Notes: generated by a model not told the origin, from the letters alone. DNA of 64,000 nt from Bdellovibrionota bacterium (GCA_050950765.1 JBMNIF010000005.1:32001-96000); one strand, 5' to 3'; numbered from the stretch's first letter, positions 28,036 to 37,993 are shown. Translations and numbers: made by a program.

Positions 28036-28599
28036 ATGTCGTTCCTCTTTGAAGACAAACCCTTTGAAGAAATCACTTGGCTAAAAGAACTTCTACCACA
28101 AGAAACGGAACTTGATAAAACAAGATTAATGAAGCTCGCCATTGATATTTCAATTTATAGTGCAAAACATGGCGGCGGTCCTTTCGGAGCTGTGATCGCT
28201 AATGAGTTGGGACATATTTTAGAGTGTGGCTGTAATGAAGTTATTCATAAACATGATTCAACCGCACATGCTGAAATTGTAACGATTAAACGGGCACAAA
28301 AACGGTTTAAAACCCACGATCTAAGCACTCTCTGCAACACCCCTATTTTTTTATACTCAAGTTGCACCCCCTGCATTCAATGTTTCGGTGCCATCTATTG
28401 GTCAGGGATAAGTCGTGTCTTTGCGGCAGCACTTAACGAAGATGCTATAAACTTGGGCTTTAACGAAGGTCATGTTTCCAAAGAGAATTACGAGATGGCA
28501 AAACGGTGCAAAGGGATCGAATACCACCTCGGTTTTTTACGAGACGAAGCCATCAGAGCTTTCGTTGAATATAAAGAGAACTCAGGTCCTATCTACTAG
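28036..28599 (+). CDS. Zn-dependent nucleoside/nucleobase deaminase (guanine deaminase-like)
   Basis: GGGPFGAVI, TAHAE, PCIQCFGAIYW, C-terminal Tyr. Confidence 0.85.
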   Translation: MSFLFEDKPFEEITWLKELLPQETELDKTRLMKLAIDISIYSAKHGGGPFGAVIANELGHILECGCNEVIHKHDSTAHAEIVTIKRAQKRFKTHDLSTLCNTPIFLYSSCTPCIQCFGAIYWSGISRVFAAALNEDAINLGFNEGHVSKENYEMAKRCKGIEYHLGFLRDEAIRAFVEYKENSGPIY

Positions 28600-28606
28600 T
28601 AAAAAC

Positions 28607-29134
28607 TCGGAAGCTAGGGAGAAAAAATGCCCAGGAAAGGGGTCGAACCTTCACCTTTCCTGATCATAGACAGTTTTTTAAACGCTTTCAGCCTTTAAAA
28701 AACTTCTAAAAAAGAGAAGTCCTTCGCCTATTCGGAAGCTAGGGAGAAAAAATGCCCAGGAAAGGGGTCGAACCTTCACCTTTCCTGATCATAGACAGTT
28801 TTTTAAACGCTTTCAGCTGGATGGTGGCAGCATAGACACTCTTAAGACGCTTTTAAAAAACTTCTCTGCCATACGGTAAATGAGATCAACATCCCAAGCT
28901 GAGCATAGACAGTTTTTTAAACGCTTTCAGCCTTTAAAAAACTTCTCCGCCATACGGTAAATGAGATCAACATCCTAAGTCAGGAAAGTAAAGAAAAGAA
29001 TGCCCAGGAAAGGGGTCGAACCTTCACCTTTCCTGATCATAGACAGTTTTTTAAACGCTTTCAGCCTTTAAAAAACTTCTCCGCCATACGGTAAATGAGA
29101 TCAACATCCTAAGTCAGGAAAGTAAAGAAAAGAA
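28607..29134 (-). repeat. Array of tRNA-Leu 3'-end copies interleaved with a hairpin element
   Basis: 27-nt tRNA 3' copies at 28628, 28753, 29001; AGACAGTTTTTTAAA..TTTAAAAAACTTCT hairpins at 28668, 28793, 28907, 29041. Confidence 0.92.
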
Positions 29135-29219
29135 TGCCCAGGAAAGGGGTCGAACCTTCACAGCCTATACGGCTACTAGACCCTTAATCTAGCGTGTCTA
29201 CCAATTCCACCACCTGGGC
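29135..29219 (-). tRNA. tRNA-Leu (anticodon AAG)
   Basis: GCCCAGG acceptor stem, D-arm GGTGGAATTGGTAGACAC, anticodon arm CTAGA-TTAAGGG-TCTAG, long variable arm, GGTTCGA T-loop, discriminator A; downstream of secG. Confidence 0.93.
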
Positions 29220-29276
29220 GTAACTCGGGGCTACTTGATAACACCCCTTATAAAATACTGCAATACCACCGAAATA

Positions 29277-29744
29277 TTATTTTGCAACTTCAGATGTTTC
29301 CTTTACACCTTCTTTTACACCTTGATCTGTATTCGGTGTTTCAGAAGATGGTGTTGGTGCAACGGTTGCATCAGGAGTAGCGCTCTCTTTTTCAGTTGTA
29401 TCCGTCACAGCCTGAGGCGCAAGATCAAGAGGTGCAGGCGCTTCTATATTATCCAAAGCAGATCCCTTAAGAACATCTACCTGAGTCCCTCTACCCTTTA
29501 TTACTGCAGTTTGTGCTAAATCCTTACTATAATGAACGAGGATGATTGAGGTAAGCATAAAAGCAATTGCAATCCCCGTTGTTAATTTAGAGATAACGGA
29601 TCCGGCAGATCCAGCCCCTAAAATAGACTCAGCTCCTGATCCCATCAAAGCACCGGCATCAGCACCCTTTCCGTGCTGCAACAAAACCAACAAAATCAGA
29701 AAAATGCAGAGAAGAATATGCACTATAAAGATCAGAGTCGACAT
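29277..29744 (-). CDS. secG: Preprotein translocase subunit SecG
   Basis: LILLVLLQHGKGADAGA..G..GAGS..SKLT; long acidic tail. Confidence 0.95.
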   Translation of the reverse strand: MSTLIFIVHILLCIFLILLVLLQHGKGADAGALMGSGAESILGAGSAGSVISKLTTGIAIAFMLTSIILVHYSKDLAQTAVIKGRGTQVDVLKGSALDNIEAPAPLDLAPQAVTDTTEKESATPDATVAPTPSSETPNTDQGVKEGVKETSEVAK

Positions 29745-29960
29745 TTAAAATCCCATTAAAAATTTCGGTAGCCCTACACGTAACATTATATTAGACACTT
29801 TTTAGCTCGAACTTTAAAGAGAAATCCGAACAGGAGCCCTTTCTATCAAGAAATATTACGATTTTCAATACTTCAGCACCGTAAAAGGGAGTCTCCTCAA
29901 TACACAAAAAGTAACGATATCAAGAAGAAACACCAGCAATAGCCGAATAAAAAACAAGAT

Positions 29961-30569
29961 TTACTGAATTTGACTCTCTAGCTCTTCCAGCTCTTTTTTC
30001 TTTTGTTCAATCTCTTGCTGAAGCTCTTCCGCACTCTTCTGTCTCGGAAATTTCTTCCAATTATTCAACTCTAATGAGCAACGTGTAGTTATAGCACTAA
30101 CTCTAAAAACACGTTGTACAGATTGAGCAGGGTTTAAAGTGTATGGATAAGCATCGGATTTAACTTTTCTATTATTAGCATCGTACTGAACAACGGATAC
30201 AGAAACTTGATAACGATCTTCTGAAGTATTAAAAAGTTTCAGCTGCCATTCATCGCCGTTTTTCTTAGAGACAGAACCACTGATAGGAGTTTTAGCAAGA
30301 GCATCACCTCCCCATGTTCCGCCTAATGTGGTTCCGGAATAACCACTCCCCGAATCAGAAAGAGAGCCAGACTTCGGCAACTTCTTCTCCCCTTCCTGAT
30401 CAGTAGCAGCTTTTTTCTCGGCAGCCTCTATCTTTTTAAGATTTTGCTCCCGTAATTTTAAAATATCCGGAGCGATATTAAGCTCTTGAGCTGCTGCAAC
30501 ACTAACAACACAAGAGAGGAAAAGAGGGATAAGAATAATATTAGTGCGATATTGAAAATTGATACTCAT
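29961..30569 (-). CDS. Hypothetical exported protein
   Basis: Signal-peptide-like N-terminus, beta-rich core, coiled-coil tail. Confidence 0.6.
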   Translation of the reverse strand: MSINFQYRTNIILIPLFLSCVVSVAAAQELNIAPDILKLREQNLKKIEAAEKKAATDQEGEKKLPKSGSLSDSGSGYSGTTLGGTWGGDALAKTPISGSVSKKNGDEWQLKLFNTSEDRYQVSVSVVQYDANNRKVKSDAYPYTLNPAQSVQRVFRVSAITTRCSLELNNWKKFPRQKSAEELQQEIEQKKKELEELESQIQ

Positions 30570-30833
30570 TAACTTTTACTCCGTTAATTACAATTTTACC
30601 AAGTCTGATACTAAAAAGCTTTTGCAGATTTTCCAAGCTTTAAACAAACATTACTACTAAAAAATCACCTTATTTTTGTTGCAACTTCTTTGAAGATCGT
30701 AATAGATACAAAGCAAACGAATGAAACAAGATTGCAACACGAGTTTAATTCATACCACTTTTAAGAACTCTTAACTATACATCTTTTTTCTAATAGTTGC
30801 TTGCACCTCCCTCTTATAATATTCTGGGCAGCC

Positions 30834-31484
30834 ATGAGTGATTTTAAGATATTAGTGCTAATTTCAGGGAAAGGCTCAAATTTAATCAGCCTGCACGAAC
30901 ACGCCGATCGTTATAACATCTCTGCGGTAATCTCTAATAATCCCACTGCTGAAGGGCTTTTATACGCAAAAAAACATAAGATCCCTGTATACCCTTTTTC
31001 TAGATCTGATTTCTCTTCAATGAGCACCTTTAAAGATGCTATTTATCGAGAAGCACTTCAATTAGAACCCGATTTAGTAGTGCTGGCAGGTTTTATGCAG
31101 ATTATTCAACCTCAATTTGTTGAAGCTTTTTATGGAAGGATGATTAATATACACCCTGCACTACTCCCAAAATTCCCTGGACTCGATACCCACACCCGAG
31201 CCGTCGCTGCCAAAGAGCCTACTCACGGTTGTACGGTACACTTTGTAAACACAGGGATAGATAGTGGTCCCATTATAGCGCAAGCAGAGTGTGCCTTAAG
31301 TGTTGAAGATACCCCTGAAAGTGCCGCTGCTAAAGTTCTTAAGGAGGAGCATAGAGTATATCCGTGGGTCGTTAAAAATATCGCTTCAGGGGATATCTCT
31401 CTTGTGGAAGATAAAGTTTTATATTCACCTAATCTTCGACGTGATGCAGCCCTTAAGGGATTTAAAATAGGACAAAGCTTATGA
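30834..31484 (+). CDS. purN: Phosphoribosylglycinamide formyltransferase
   Basis: ISGKGSNL, LAGFMQI, NIHPALLPKFPG, HGCTVHFV, DSGPIIAQ; start at internal ATG 30834. Confidence 0.96.
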   Translation: MSDFKILVLISGKGSNLISLHEHADRYNISAVISNNPTAEGLLYAKKHKIPVYPFSRSDFSSMSTFKDAIYREALQLEPDLVVLAGFMQIIQPQFVEAFYGRMINIHPALLPKFPGLDTHTRAVAAKEPTHGCTVHFVNTGIDSGPIIAQAECALSVEDTPESAAAKVLKEEHRVYPWVVKNIASGDISLVEDKVLYSPNLRRDAALKGFKIGQSL

Positions 31485-31846
31485 AACCTTTAATGATAAT
31501 TTTTACATCTCTTCTTTTACTTGTACCATTTGCAACATTAAAAGCAGAATCAAAAACTCCTCCAGAACCTCAAAAAAACACCTCATCAACCTCATCCAAA
31601 ACCCCGCTACAAGAAGAGATGATCCCCATCCTGCCTGGAGAAAATGTAAAAATTACAGACTCGGAAGGTAAAGAGAGATCTATGCGCGTTTGGACAACGG
31701 TTAGACCAGCAGACAAGAACACCACTGCAGAACCGCCAAGAGATACCTATTCACAACGACACAAGGATATTAACGTTATTGTTGACAGAACAGAGAGACG
31801 ACACAGACACAACCATACAGACGATCGCACCTTACCTAAAAGGTAA
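31481..31846 (+). CDS. Hypothetical exported protein
   Basis: Signal peptide; ATGA overlap with purN. Confidence 0.6.
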   Translation: MKPLMIIFTSLLLLVPFATLKAESKTPPEPQKNTSSTSSKTPLQEEMIPILPGENVKITDSEGKERSMRVWTTVRPADKNTTAEPPRDTYSQRHKDINVIVDRTERRHRHNHTDDRTLPKR

Positions 31847-32373
31847 CTAACTAAAAGACGCCACCGCCTCCTCTAAATTAGCAGACGCAGCTTCTAATTC
31901 GTGAAAGAGAAGACCCATCTTTTTCCCCCCACCAAGACAGTTTTTTAAAAGCTTCTAGCTAGAGGGAGATATTATAGAGATTCTGTTCTTCGCTTTTAAA
32001 AAACTTCTAACTAAAAGACGCCACCGCCTCCTCTAAATTAGCAGACGCAGCTTCTAATTCGTGAAAGAGAAGACCCATCTTCTCTCCCCCACCAAGACAG
32101 TTTTTTAAAAGCTTCGCTTTTGAAAAGAGTTCTCCCTCTCCACAGTAAATAGAGATCATCATAACCACCTAATGTAGACAATTTTTTTTAACGCTTCGCT
32201 TTTAAAAAACTTCTAACTAAAAGACGCCACTGCCTCCTCTAAATTAGCAGACGCAGCTTCTAATTCGTGAAAGAGAAGACCCATCTTTTCCCCCCACCAA
32301 GACAGTTTTTTAAAAGCTTCTAGCTAGAGGGAGATATTATAGAGACTTTATTTTTCGCTTTTAAAAAACTTCT
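31847..32373 (-). repeat. Three copies of the ABC-F gene 3' end interleaved with the hairpin element
   Basis: 66-bp copies at 31847, 32007, 32213 of 32372-32437; hairpins at 31935, 32095, 32176, 32300. Confidence 0.95.
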
Positions 32374-34192
32374 AACTAAAAGACGCCACCGCCTCCTCTA
32401 AATTAGCAGACGCAGCTTCTAATTCGTGAAAGAGAAGGTCTATCTTCTCCTTTGTACTTTGAATAAGTAAATTTAGTTCCTTTACCTCGTCTGTAAATTC
32501 ACCTTGATAGATCAAGACTAATTTTTCCTCACTATTTTTTAAAACCTCTTCCGCCTCGATAATCTCATTTTCCAAATCAGTCACGACCTTTTGTAACGGC
32601 TTGATGACCTTATTTCTCTGCTCAAGTTGTTCAGCACGCTTTCTTCTCTGTTCACGTTTACTATTTTCAGAAGCTTCAAGTTTTTTAGGAGAAGTTGAAG
32701 CCTCCTCTTCCCATCCGATCCTCTCCAAAAAGTCGTCGTAATTACCTTCAAAAAGGAAGCATTTTCCACCATCGAAGACGATTAAACGGTGCACCAACTT
32801 ACGTAAGATCATCTCGCTATGCGTAACAACTAAAACTGCCCCTTGAAAATCTTTCGCAGCATCGATTAGAGCCTCCGTTGAAGAGATATCTAGATGGTTC
32901 GTTGGCTCATCAAGTAATAAAACATTAGATGGTCGCATTAACAATTTCCCTAAAAGCACCCTACTACGCTCACCACCGGAGAGAACCTTTACCTTCTTTA
33001 AAGCATCATCATTAGGGAACATCATCAAGCCGCAGATGCTACGAATCCGTGTTCTGCTACTTGAAGGATCTGCCGCGGCAATCTCCTCCTCCACCGTTAA
33101 TTCAGGATTTAAACGTTCAATATTAGTTTGCCCAAAGTAGCCGACCTTTGCTTTAGGGGCGAAGGAGACACCTCCATGTGTTGGCGTAAGTTCTCCCCCT
33201 AAAAGACGGAGCAAAGTAGTTTTCCCCTTCCCATTTTTCCCGATGATACCGATCCTGTCTCTAGGCGTAATAGTTAAGCTCAGGTCTTTAAAAAGGAGAT
33301 TTTGCGGAGTATAACCGAAGGAGATCTCAGAAACGGTGGCAGCTATCTTCCCCTCAAGAGGCTCTGCCTGAAATGCGAAATCCAACTCGGCGATAGCTTC
33401 AAGGTGTTTTAATCGATTAACCTTTTCCAGCCCTTTAATTTTTGACTGCACCGCTTTCGCTTTAGTGGATTTATATCTGAAGCGTTCAATAAAACGCTCT
33501 GTTTGAGCTAATTTTCGCTCCTGATTAAGACGAGTTTGTTCATGGATAGCTTCAGATTCTGCTATCTGACGCTCAAAGTCTGTGGTTTTACCACGCATCT
33601 TACGCACCTGCTGGCGATGAATGCCTAAAGTATGCGTAATTACACTATCCATAAACTCTCGATCGTGACTAATTAATAATAATTCATTACGCCAATCTTT
33701 TAAAAAAGTTATTAGCCACCGCAAAGAAACGATATCAAGATAATTACTAGGCTCATCAAGGAGTAAGAGGTTTGGAGTTGTTAATAATAACTTCGCCAAT
33801 TGCAAACGAATCTGCATCCCACCTGATAAAATTGTCGGAGATTTAGAAAAATCGTCTTGCATAAAACCCAATCCCTGCAACATCGCTTTAGCAAGATGGA
33901 GTTCTTTTATTCCGCCCTCTACAACAGGCATATCAAGCGCTGCTTCATCAAGAATTGTATCGGTCTTAAAATGGATGTGTTGAGTCAAATAACCGATCCT
34001 ATAATCGGTCGGAACATGGATAGAACCGTGCTCTATCTCTTCAAGACCGGCAATGATTTTAAAGATAGTCGACTTCCCCGAGCCGTTAAGCCCCAACACC
34101 CCTATCTTTTCACCAGATCCTATGGTGAAGTTCACATCTGAAAAAAGGGTTCTATCTCCGTAACTTTTTGAAACATTAATAAACTCTATCAT
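32372..34192 (-). CDS. ABC-F family ATPase (YheS/Uup-like)
   Basis: Two NBDs (GLNGSGKST, LSGG, LDEPSN; GKNGKGKTT, LSGGE, LDEPTNHLD), no TMs, C-terminal coiled coil. Confidence 0.95.
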   Translation of the reverse strand: MIEFINVSKSYGDRTLFSDVNFTIGSGEKIGVLGLNGSGKSTIFKIIAGLEEIEHGSIHVPTDYRIGYLTQHIHFKTDTILDEAALDMPVVEGGIKELHLAKAMLQGLGFMQDDFSKSPTILSGGMQIRLQLAKLLLTTPNLLLLDEPSNYLDIVSLRWLITFLKDWRNELLLISHDREFMDSVITHTLGIHRQQVRKMRGKTTDFERQIAESEAIHEQTRLNQERKLAQTERFIERFRYKSTKAKAVQSKIKGLEKVNRLKHLEAIAELDFAFQAEPLEGKIAATVSEISFGYTPQNLLFKDLSLTITPRDRIGIIGKNGKGKTTLLRLLGGELTPTHGGVSFAPKAKVGYFGQTNIERLNPELTVEEEIAAADPSSSRTRIRSICGLMMFPNDDALKKVKVLSGGERSRVLLGKLLMRPSNVLLLDEPTNHLDISSTEALIDAAKDFQGAVLVVTHSEMILRKLVHRLIVFDGGKCFLFEGNYDDFLERIGWEEEASTSPKKLEASENSKREQRRKRAEQLEQRNKVIKPLQKVVTDLENEIIEAEEVLKNSEEKLVLIYQGEFTDEVKELNLLIQSTKEKIDLLFHELEAASANLEEAVASFS

Positions 34193-34406
34193 ACTGATGA
34201 ATTAACTACTTAAAAACATTGACCTTATTAAGGTGTTTGATGTCGTTAGTCTTACATATCCCTGTAAGGATCACAAAACCTTATATTTGAATATAATTAC
34301 TTTATAAATTATATTTATTTCTCTACCCCAAAAGCATTGAAAACGGTAGAATCAGCGACGGAGTTTTGTGTCATATTTTTACTAAGGGATATTTTCTTTT
34401 TATTTA

Positions 34407-35054
34407 TTGGTTCTTGTGTCAATCGAACAATTTTACCTCTTATTAAATATCTTTTCGGCAGAAAATTTTTATAAGTTTTTCTGTTTGGGGATGGTGTGTT
34501 TTTTTATTCCGTTATTTGCCTTAGCACAACCTCCTCAAGCAAACGGTAAAGTTTTAAATCTCAATTCTGAAGATCGTGGTATGTATAATTTTAGATTAAC
34601 GGCTTCAATTGATGATCTTCTAGTCGACTCCGATGATAAGTATGACCCGATTACTATTAACCAACTTAGGATGTTAAAAGAAGAGGCTCAACCTAGTTGG
34701 CATCCTGACGATGTTGATCCCTACCAGTTAAGACGTGTTGCTCAAAAAGCTTTAACGATTGAAGTCGGTCGAGCTTTTTCTAAACGCATCAATGGTTCTG
34801 AATTACGTCCGACATACCGTGCAGCTTTGCGCACCTATCACTCCATACAGGAGCGTTTTAGATACAGCATTCAAGATAATGGTGATGCCATAACCTTTTC
34901 AAGAAAAAATAAAGGGAAGAAGTTATTAGAATTAAATTTGGATTTAAACTTAAAACGGGGCTTAGATCCTCAGATATTAATCGGCGATTTTATGCGATTT
35001 AGGTACGATTATGTCTATAAAAGAGCTATGTTAGAGTACGGTTTCGATTTTTAG
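34407..35054 (+). CDS. Hypothetical protein (possibly exported)
   Basis: Clean ORF; ends in alternating aromatic strand LEYGFDF; start uncertain. Confidence 0.55.
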   Translation: MVLVSIEQFYLLLNIFSAENFYKFFCLGMVCFFIPLFALAQPPQANGKVLNLNSEDRGMYNFRLTASIDDLLVDSDDKYDPITINQLRMLKEEAQPSWHPDDVDPYQLRRVAQKALTIEVGRAFSKRINGSELRPTYRAALRTYHSIQERFRYSIQDNGDAITFSRKNKGKKLLELNLDLNLKRGLDPQILIGDFMRFRYDYVYKRAMLEYGFDF

Positions 35055-35208
35055 CTTATATTGATTATCTTATTTTTAACTCATCCGTAATTTTCACTAT
35101 TCCAAAAAAAGATGGTCTTGTGCTAGAACACTTTTAGAAGGGCGTGTGAAAATCAGTCTACAGTAGTACCGATTTGAGCCTATGTAATATTTATTAAAGG
35201 AATATTTA

Positions 35209-36951
35209 ATGAAAAAGAAACTTCTGATATTTACATCGATATTACTGATTACCGTTGTTGCTTGTACAAAAAAACCAACTGATAGTGGTGGTGCGAATGC
35301 CACCGATCCCGCTCTTAATAAGCTTCCATCCGAAACTGTGGCGTTTTATACATGGAACACGGATTCTGAAGCGGCACACCGCCACAAAAAAGGTCCTTGG
35401 GGAGATGCCTTTAGACTGAAATGGAAAGATCGTGTTGAAAAGAATCTATCAAAAACTCTTAGCGCTCCTGTAACAGAACAGGAGGTCAATGATTTTTTAG
35501 AGAAACTCGGGCTTTTAGGGGTTGAAGGGAGAGATCCTGAGATACAAAAGAGCACGGTATTTGTAACATTAAAAGATGATAGTATCGTCGGTGGTGCCTA
35601 CGCTTTATCGGAAAAGGTAAACCTCTCTTCAAAACTAGATCTCATTCGTAAAACCCTACCTAAAACCTTCAAGACCAAAGACGGCAAGTTTGGATCTGTT
35701 TCAGGCTTTTTTATTGAATCTGAAGATCTAATCCCTTTTCCTCTTTCAACAGCTGCTTCCAAAGAGATGTTAGCTCTCACATCAGATCAGCAGGTAACCG
35801 AGCAACTTTTTACTGAAAGTGATGCTTCAAAAGGAGTTTCTACACGACCTTCTTACACAAAACTAATGTCTGCCTTAGATACGACTGACGCTCTCTCCCT
35901 CGCTTTTGTCGATATTGAGCAACTTCTCGATGTGGCGTTTAAGATGGCTGCCAGATCTAATTCAGCCAAAAGAGGTCTGGATCTTGCGACCTTAGCTAAT
36001 TCTATCGCCAATACTCCAAGAACGGCGCAAAGAGTGGCTGATATGCAGGAAGAATTTTCTGCCATTACTGCTGAATTAGAAGAAGCTAGGGCAAAATACT
36101 TAGAAAATAACCCTTTAGAAGCAGCGGCTATTGTTACTCGTATGAGTACGGATGATATCTTCGAAATGACAACCCTTGTCTCTGTTAAACCTCCCAAAAC
36201 AGATCTACAAAAGGTTCTTTTAAAGCCATTTGCCGCTAAGAGTGCCGCTTTTGCATTAAATAACTTTCCACAAGATGTCGCCCTTATGATAAATGTAGAT
36301 GGCAACGTTTTTAATAAAGCTCTTCAAGCTTTTGACCTTATCGCAAAAAAAGCCAATTCTAAGTCACAAGATGTAATTCCTGAAGAGCATCGCCCCCTTG
36401 TGGAGAGTGTTAATTCATTTTCTTTGGTTCTGCGTACTGCAACAAAATCCTCACCGTTTCCAGAGTTGATGGTGGTTGGAGAGATGCCGCGTGGGAAAGA
36501 GGTGAAAGATCTTATTAAGACTGAATCCCGCATGGCTTGGCAACAGAAAGAAGTTGAGGGAGCGCAAGTTGATTATCTTATGACGCCGTTCGGTATGACC
36601 GTTTATTTAGCAACAACTAAAGATGGGATATATATCACAAACTCAGAAGCTATTTTGAGCGATACCTTAAGTAAAAAGGCTCCGTTAATAAAAGTGATAC
36701 CGGCTGAATTTAAGAGAAAAATAACAACAAATGATAATGTTATTTTAACCACATACGCTGCTTATGATAAAATAATATCTGTTGTAGAATCGTTGCAGTC
36801 AACTTTTGCTGCCTTAGCTGGTCCTCAAGATAATATATTCGCAGATACTGGTATGTTGGATGTGCTTAAAGAGATGGGTAGTACCACTGCTACTGTCTGC
36901 TTTGATGGCAAGCATTTAAGGGCAAATTCAAACTCTTTTATTCTTAAGTAG
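35209..36951 (+). CDS. Hypothetical lipoprotein
   Basis: Lipobox VVAC, 580-aa ORF with RBS and downstream terminator. Confidence 0.7.
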   Translation: MKKKLLIFTSILLITVVACTKKPTDSGGANATDPALNKLPSETVAFYTWNTDSEAAHRHKKGPWGDAFRLKWKDRVEKNLSKTLSAPVTEQEVNDFLEKLGLLGVEGRDPEIQKSTVFVTLKDDSIVGGAYALSEKVNLSSKLDLIRKTLPKTFKTKDGKFGSVSGFFIESEDLIPFPLSTAASKEMLALTSDQQVTEQLFTESDASKGVSTRPSYTKLMSALDTTDALSLAFVDIEQLLDVAFKMAARSNSAKRGLDLATLANSIANTPRTAQRVADMQEEFSAITAELEEARAKYLENNPLEAAAIVTRMSTDDIFEMTTLVSVKPPKTDLQKVLLKPFAAKSAAFALNNFPQDVALMINVDGNVFNKALQAFDLIAKKANSKSQDVIPEEHRPLVESVNSFSLVLRTATKSSPFPELMVVGEMPRGKEVKDLIKTESRMAWQQKEVEGAQVDYLMTPFGMTVYLATTKDGIYITNSEAILSDTLSKKAPLIKVIPAEFKRKITTNDNVILTTYAAYDKIISVVESLQSTFAALAGPQDNIFADTGMLDVLKEMGSTTATVCFDGKHLRANSNSFILK

Positions 36952-36976
36952 TTAAGTAGATTTGCTGATAAAAAGT

Positions 36977-37007
36977 AAAAAGGGAGTCATGCTTGACTCC
37001 CTTTTTT
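36977..37007 (+). terminator. Rho-independent terminator
   Basis: AAAAAGGGAGTCA-TGCT-TGACTCCCTTTTTT hairpin with U-tract after the 35209..36951 gene. Confidence 0.85.
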
Positions 37008-37168
37008 ACCCTCTCCAACAAGCTCATAGTCAAAATAACTTCAATCAATCCGAACTGTTATAAGAACAGTTTACAATCTCTCGTGAAGCGTACCTCACTA
37101 GAATCCTATCTCTCAATTTCATCATCAAATGATATTGAAAGTTTCCTGTTTTGTTGGAGGTTTTTTTG

Positions 37169-37405
37169 ATGGATACAGTTACAGAATTATTACAAATTTC
37201 AAGTAGATTAGAGCATCTTGAAAATGCAGCAGAATGGATAACTCGTGAAACGGTTCACTCTGATGCTGCCGTCTCACAAACAGGCACTCTCATTACAGTT
37301 CTAGCAGATGAATTAAGAGAGAAGATCTACAACCTTGTTCATGACCTTGAATTAAACCAGAAAGATCCGGATGAAGAAGAGATCTGGGAAGGGAAAATTC
37401 AGTAA
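37169..37405 (+). CDS. Small helical hypothetical protein
   Basis: GGAGG RBS before ATG 37169. Confidence 0.6.
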   Translation: MDTVTELLQISSRLEHLENAAEWITRETVHSDAAVSQTGTLITVLADELREKIYNLVHDLELNQKDPDEEEIWEGKIQ

Positions 37406-37534
37406 AAAAACTTTCTCAAAAATATTCTAAGCTTCATAAAATGAATTGAAAATTATAAGAGAAAGGAAGTCACTTTTTACACCACAGTGACCTGTATTTT
37501 ATTTGCACTTTTTAAAGGTATCGCCACTCTGCTA

Positions 37535-37993
37535 CTAGAAGGTAATGGTGTTATTCAAGATTAAAAGCCAAGGCAAGATAGCTGCGACTGTATAGATGCA
37601 GATGATACACCGTAAAGCGTGTTTAACCCAAGCGATGGAAGAAGCTACTGCACATAATCCGCAGATAACTAAAATAGCAAATGATTTAACACCGACTAAA
37701 ACCGAGACATATCCGAATTGTTCCATGAGGAGACGTAAGATAGCGTTGCCTTCCGCCTCTGTTCCAAGAATTGATATTCCTAAAGCTGTTAAGATGCCAT
37801 CTAAGATCTGTAATGAAATTAAGATGGCACCTAAAACAACTATTGATTGAGATGGAGCACTAACTAAAGCTTGTTTTTTACTGCTATCATAAACCAAACG
37901 AGGAGCAACAGCAGAATCTGCAACATTTAAGTTTGTAATATCTAATGCAAGCTGTGTCATTTTAACTAACCTCGTTTTTTCCAGACCACACAA
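37535..37993 (-). CDS. Membrane protein (DUF5658-like)
   Basis: LQILDGILTALGI...EAEGNAILR pattern, three TMs. Confidence 0.6.
   Translation of the reverse strand: MCGLEKTRLVKMTQLALDITNLNVADSAVAPRLVYDSSKKQALVSAPSQSIVVLGAILISLQILDGILTALGISILGTEAEGNAILRLLMEQFGYVSVLVGVKSFAILVICGLCAVASSIAWVKHALRCIICIYTVAAILPWLLILNNTITF

Noticed and set aside
28628..29161. Intact prophage or genomic island at the tRNA-Leu
   Set aside because: The att-like copies enclose only about 100-220 bp, with no integrase or cargo.
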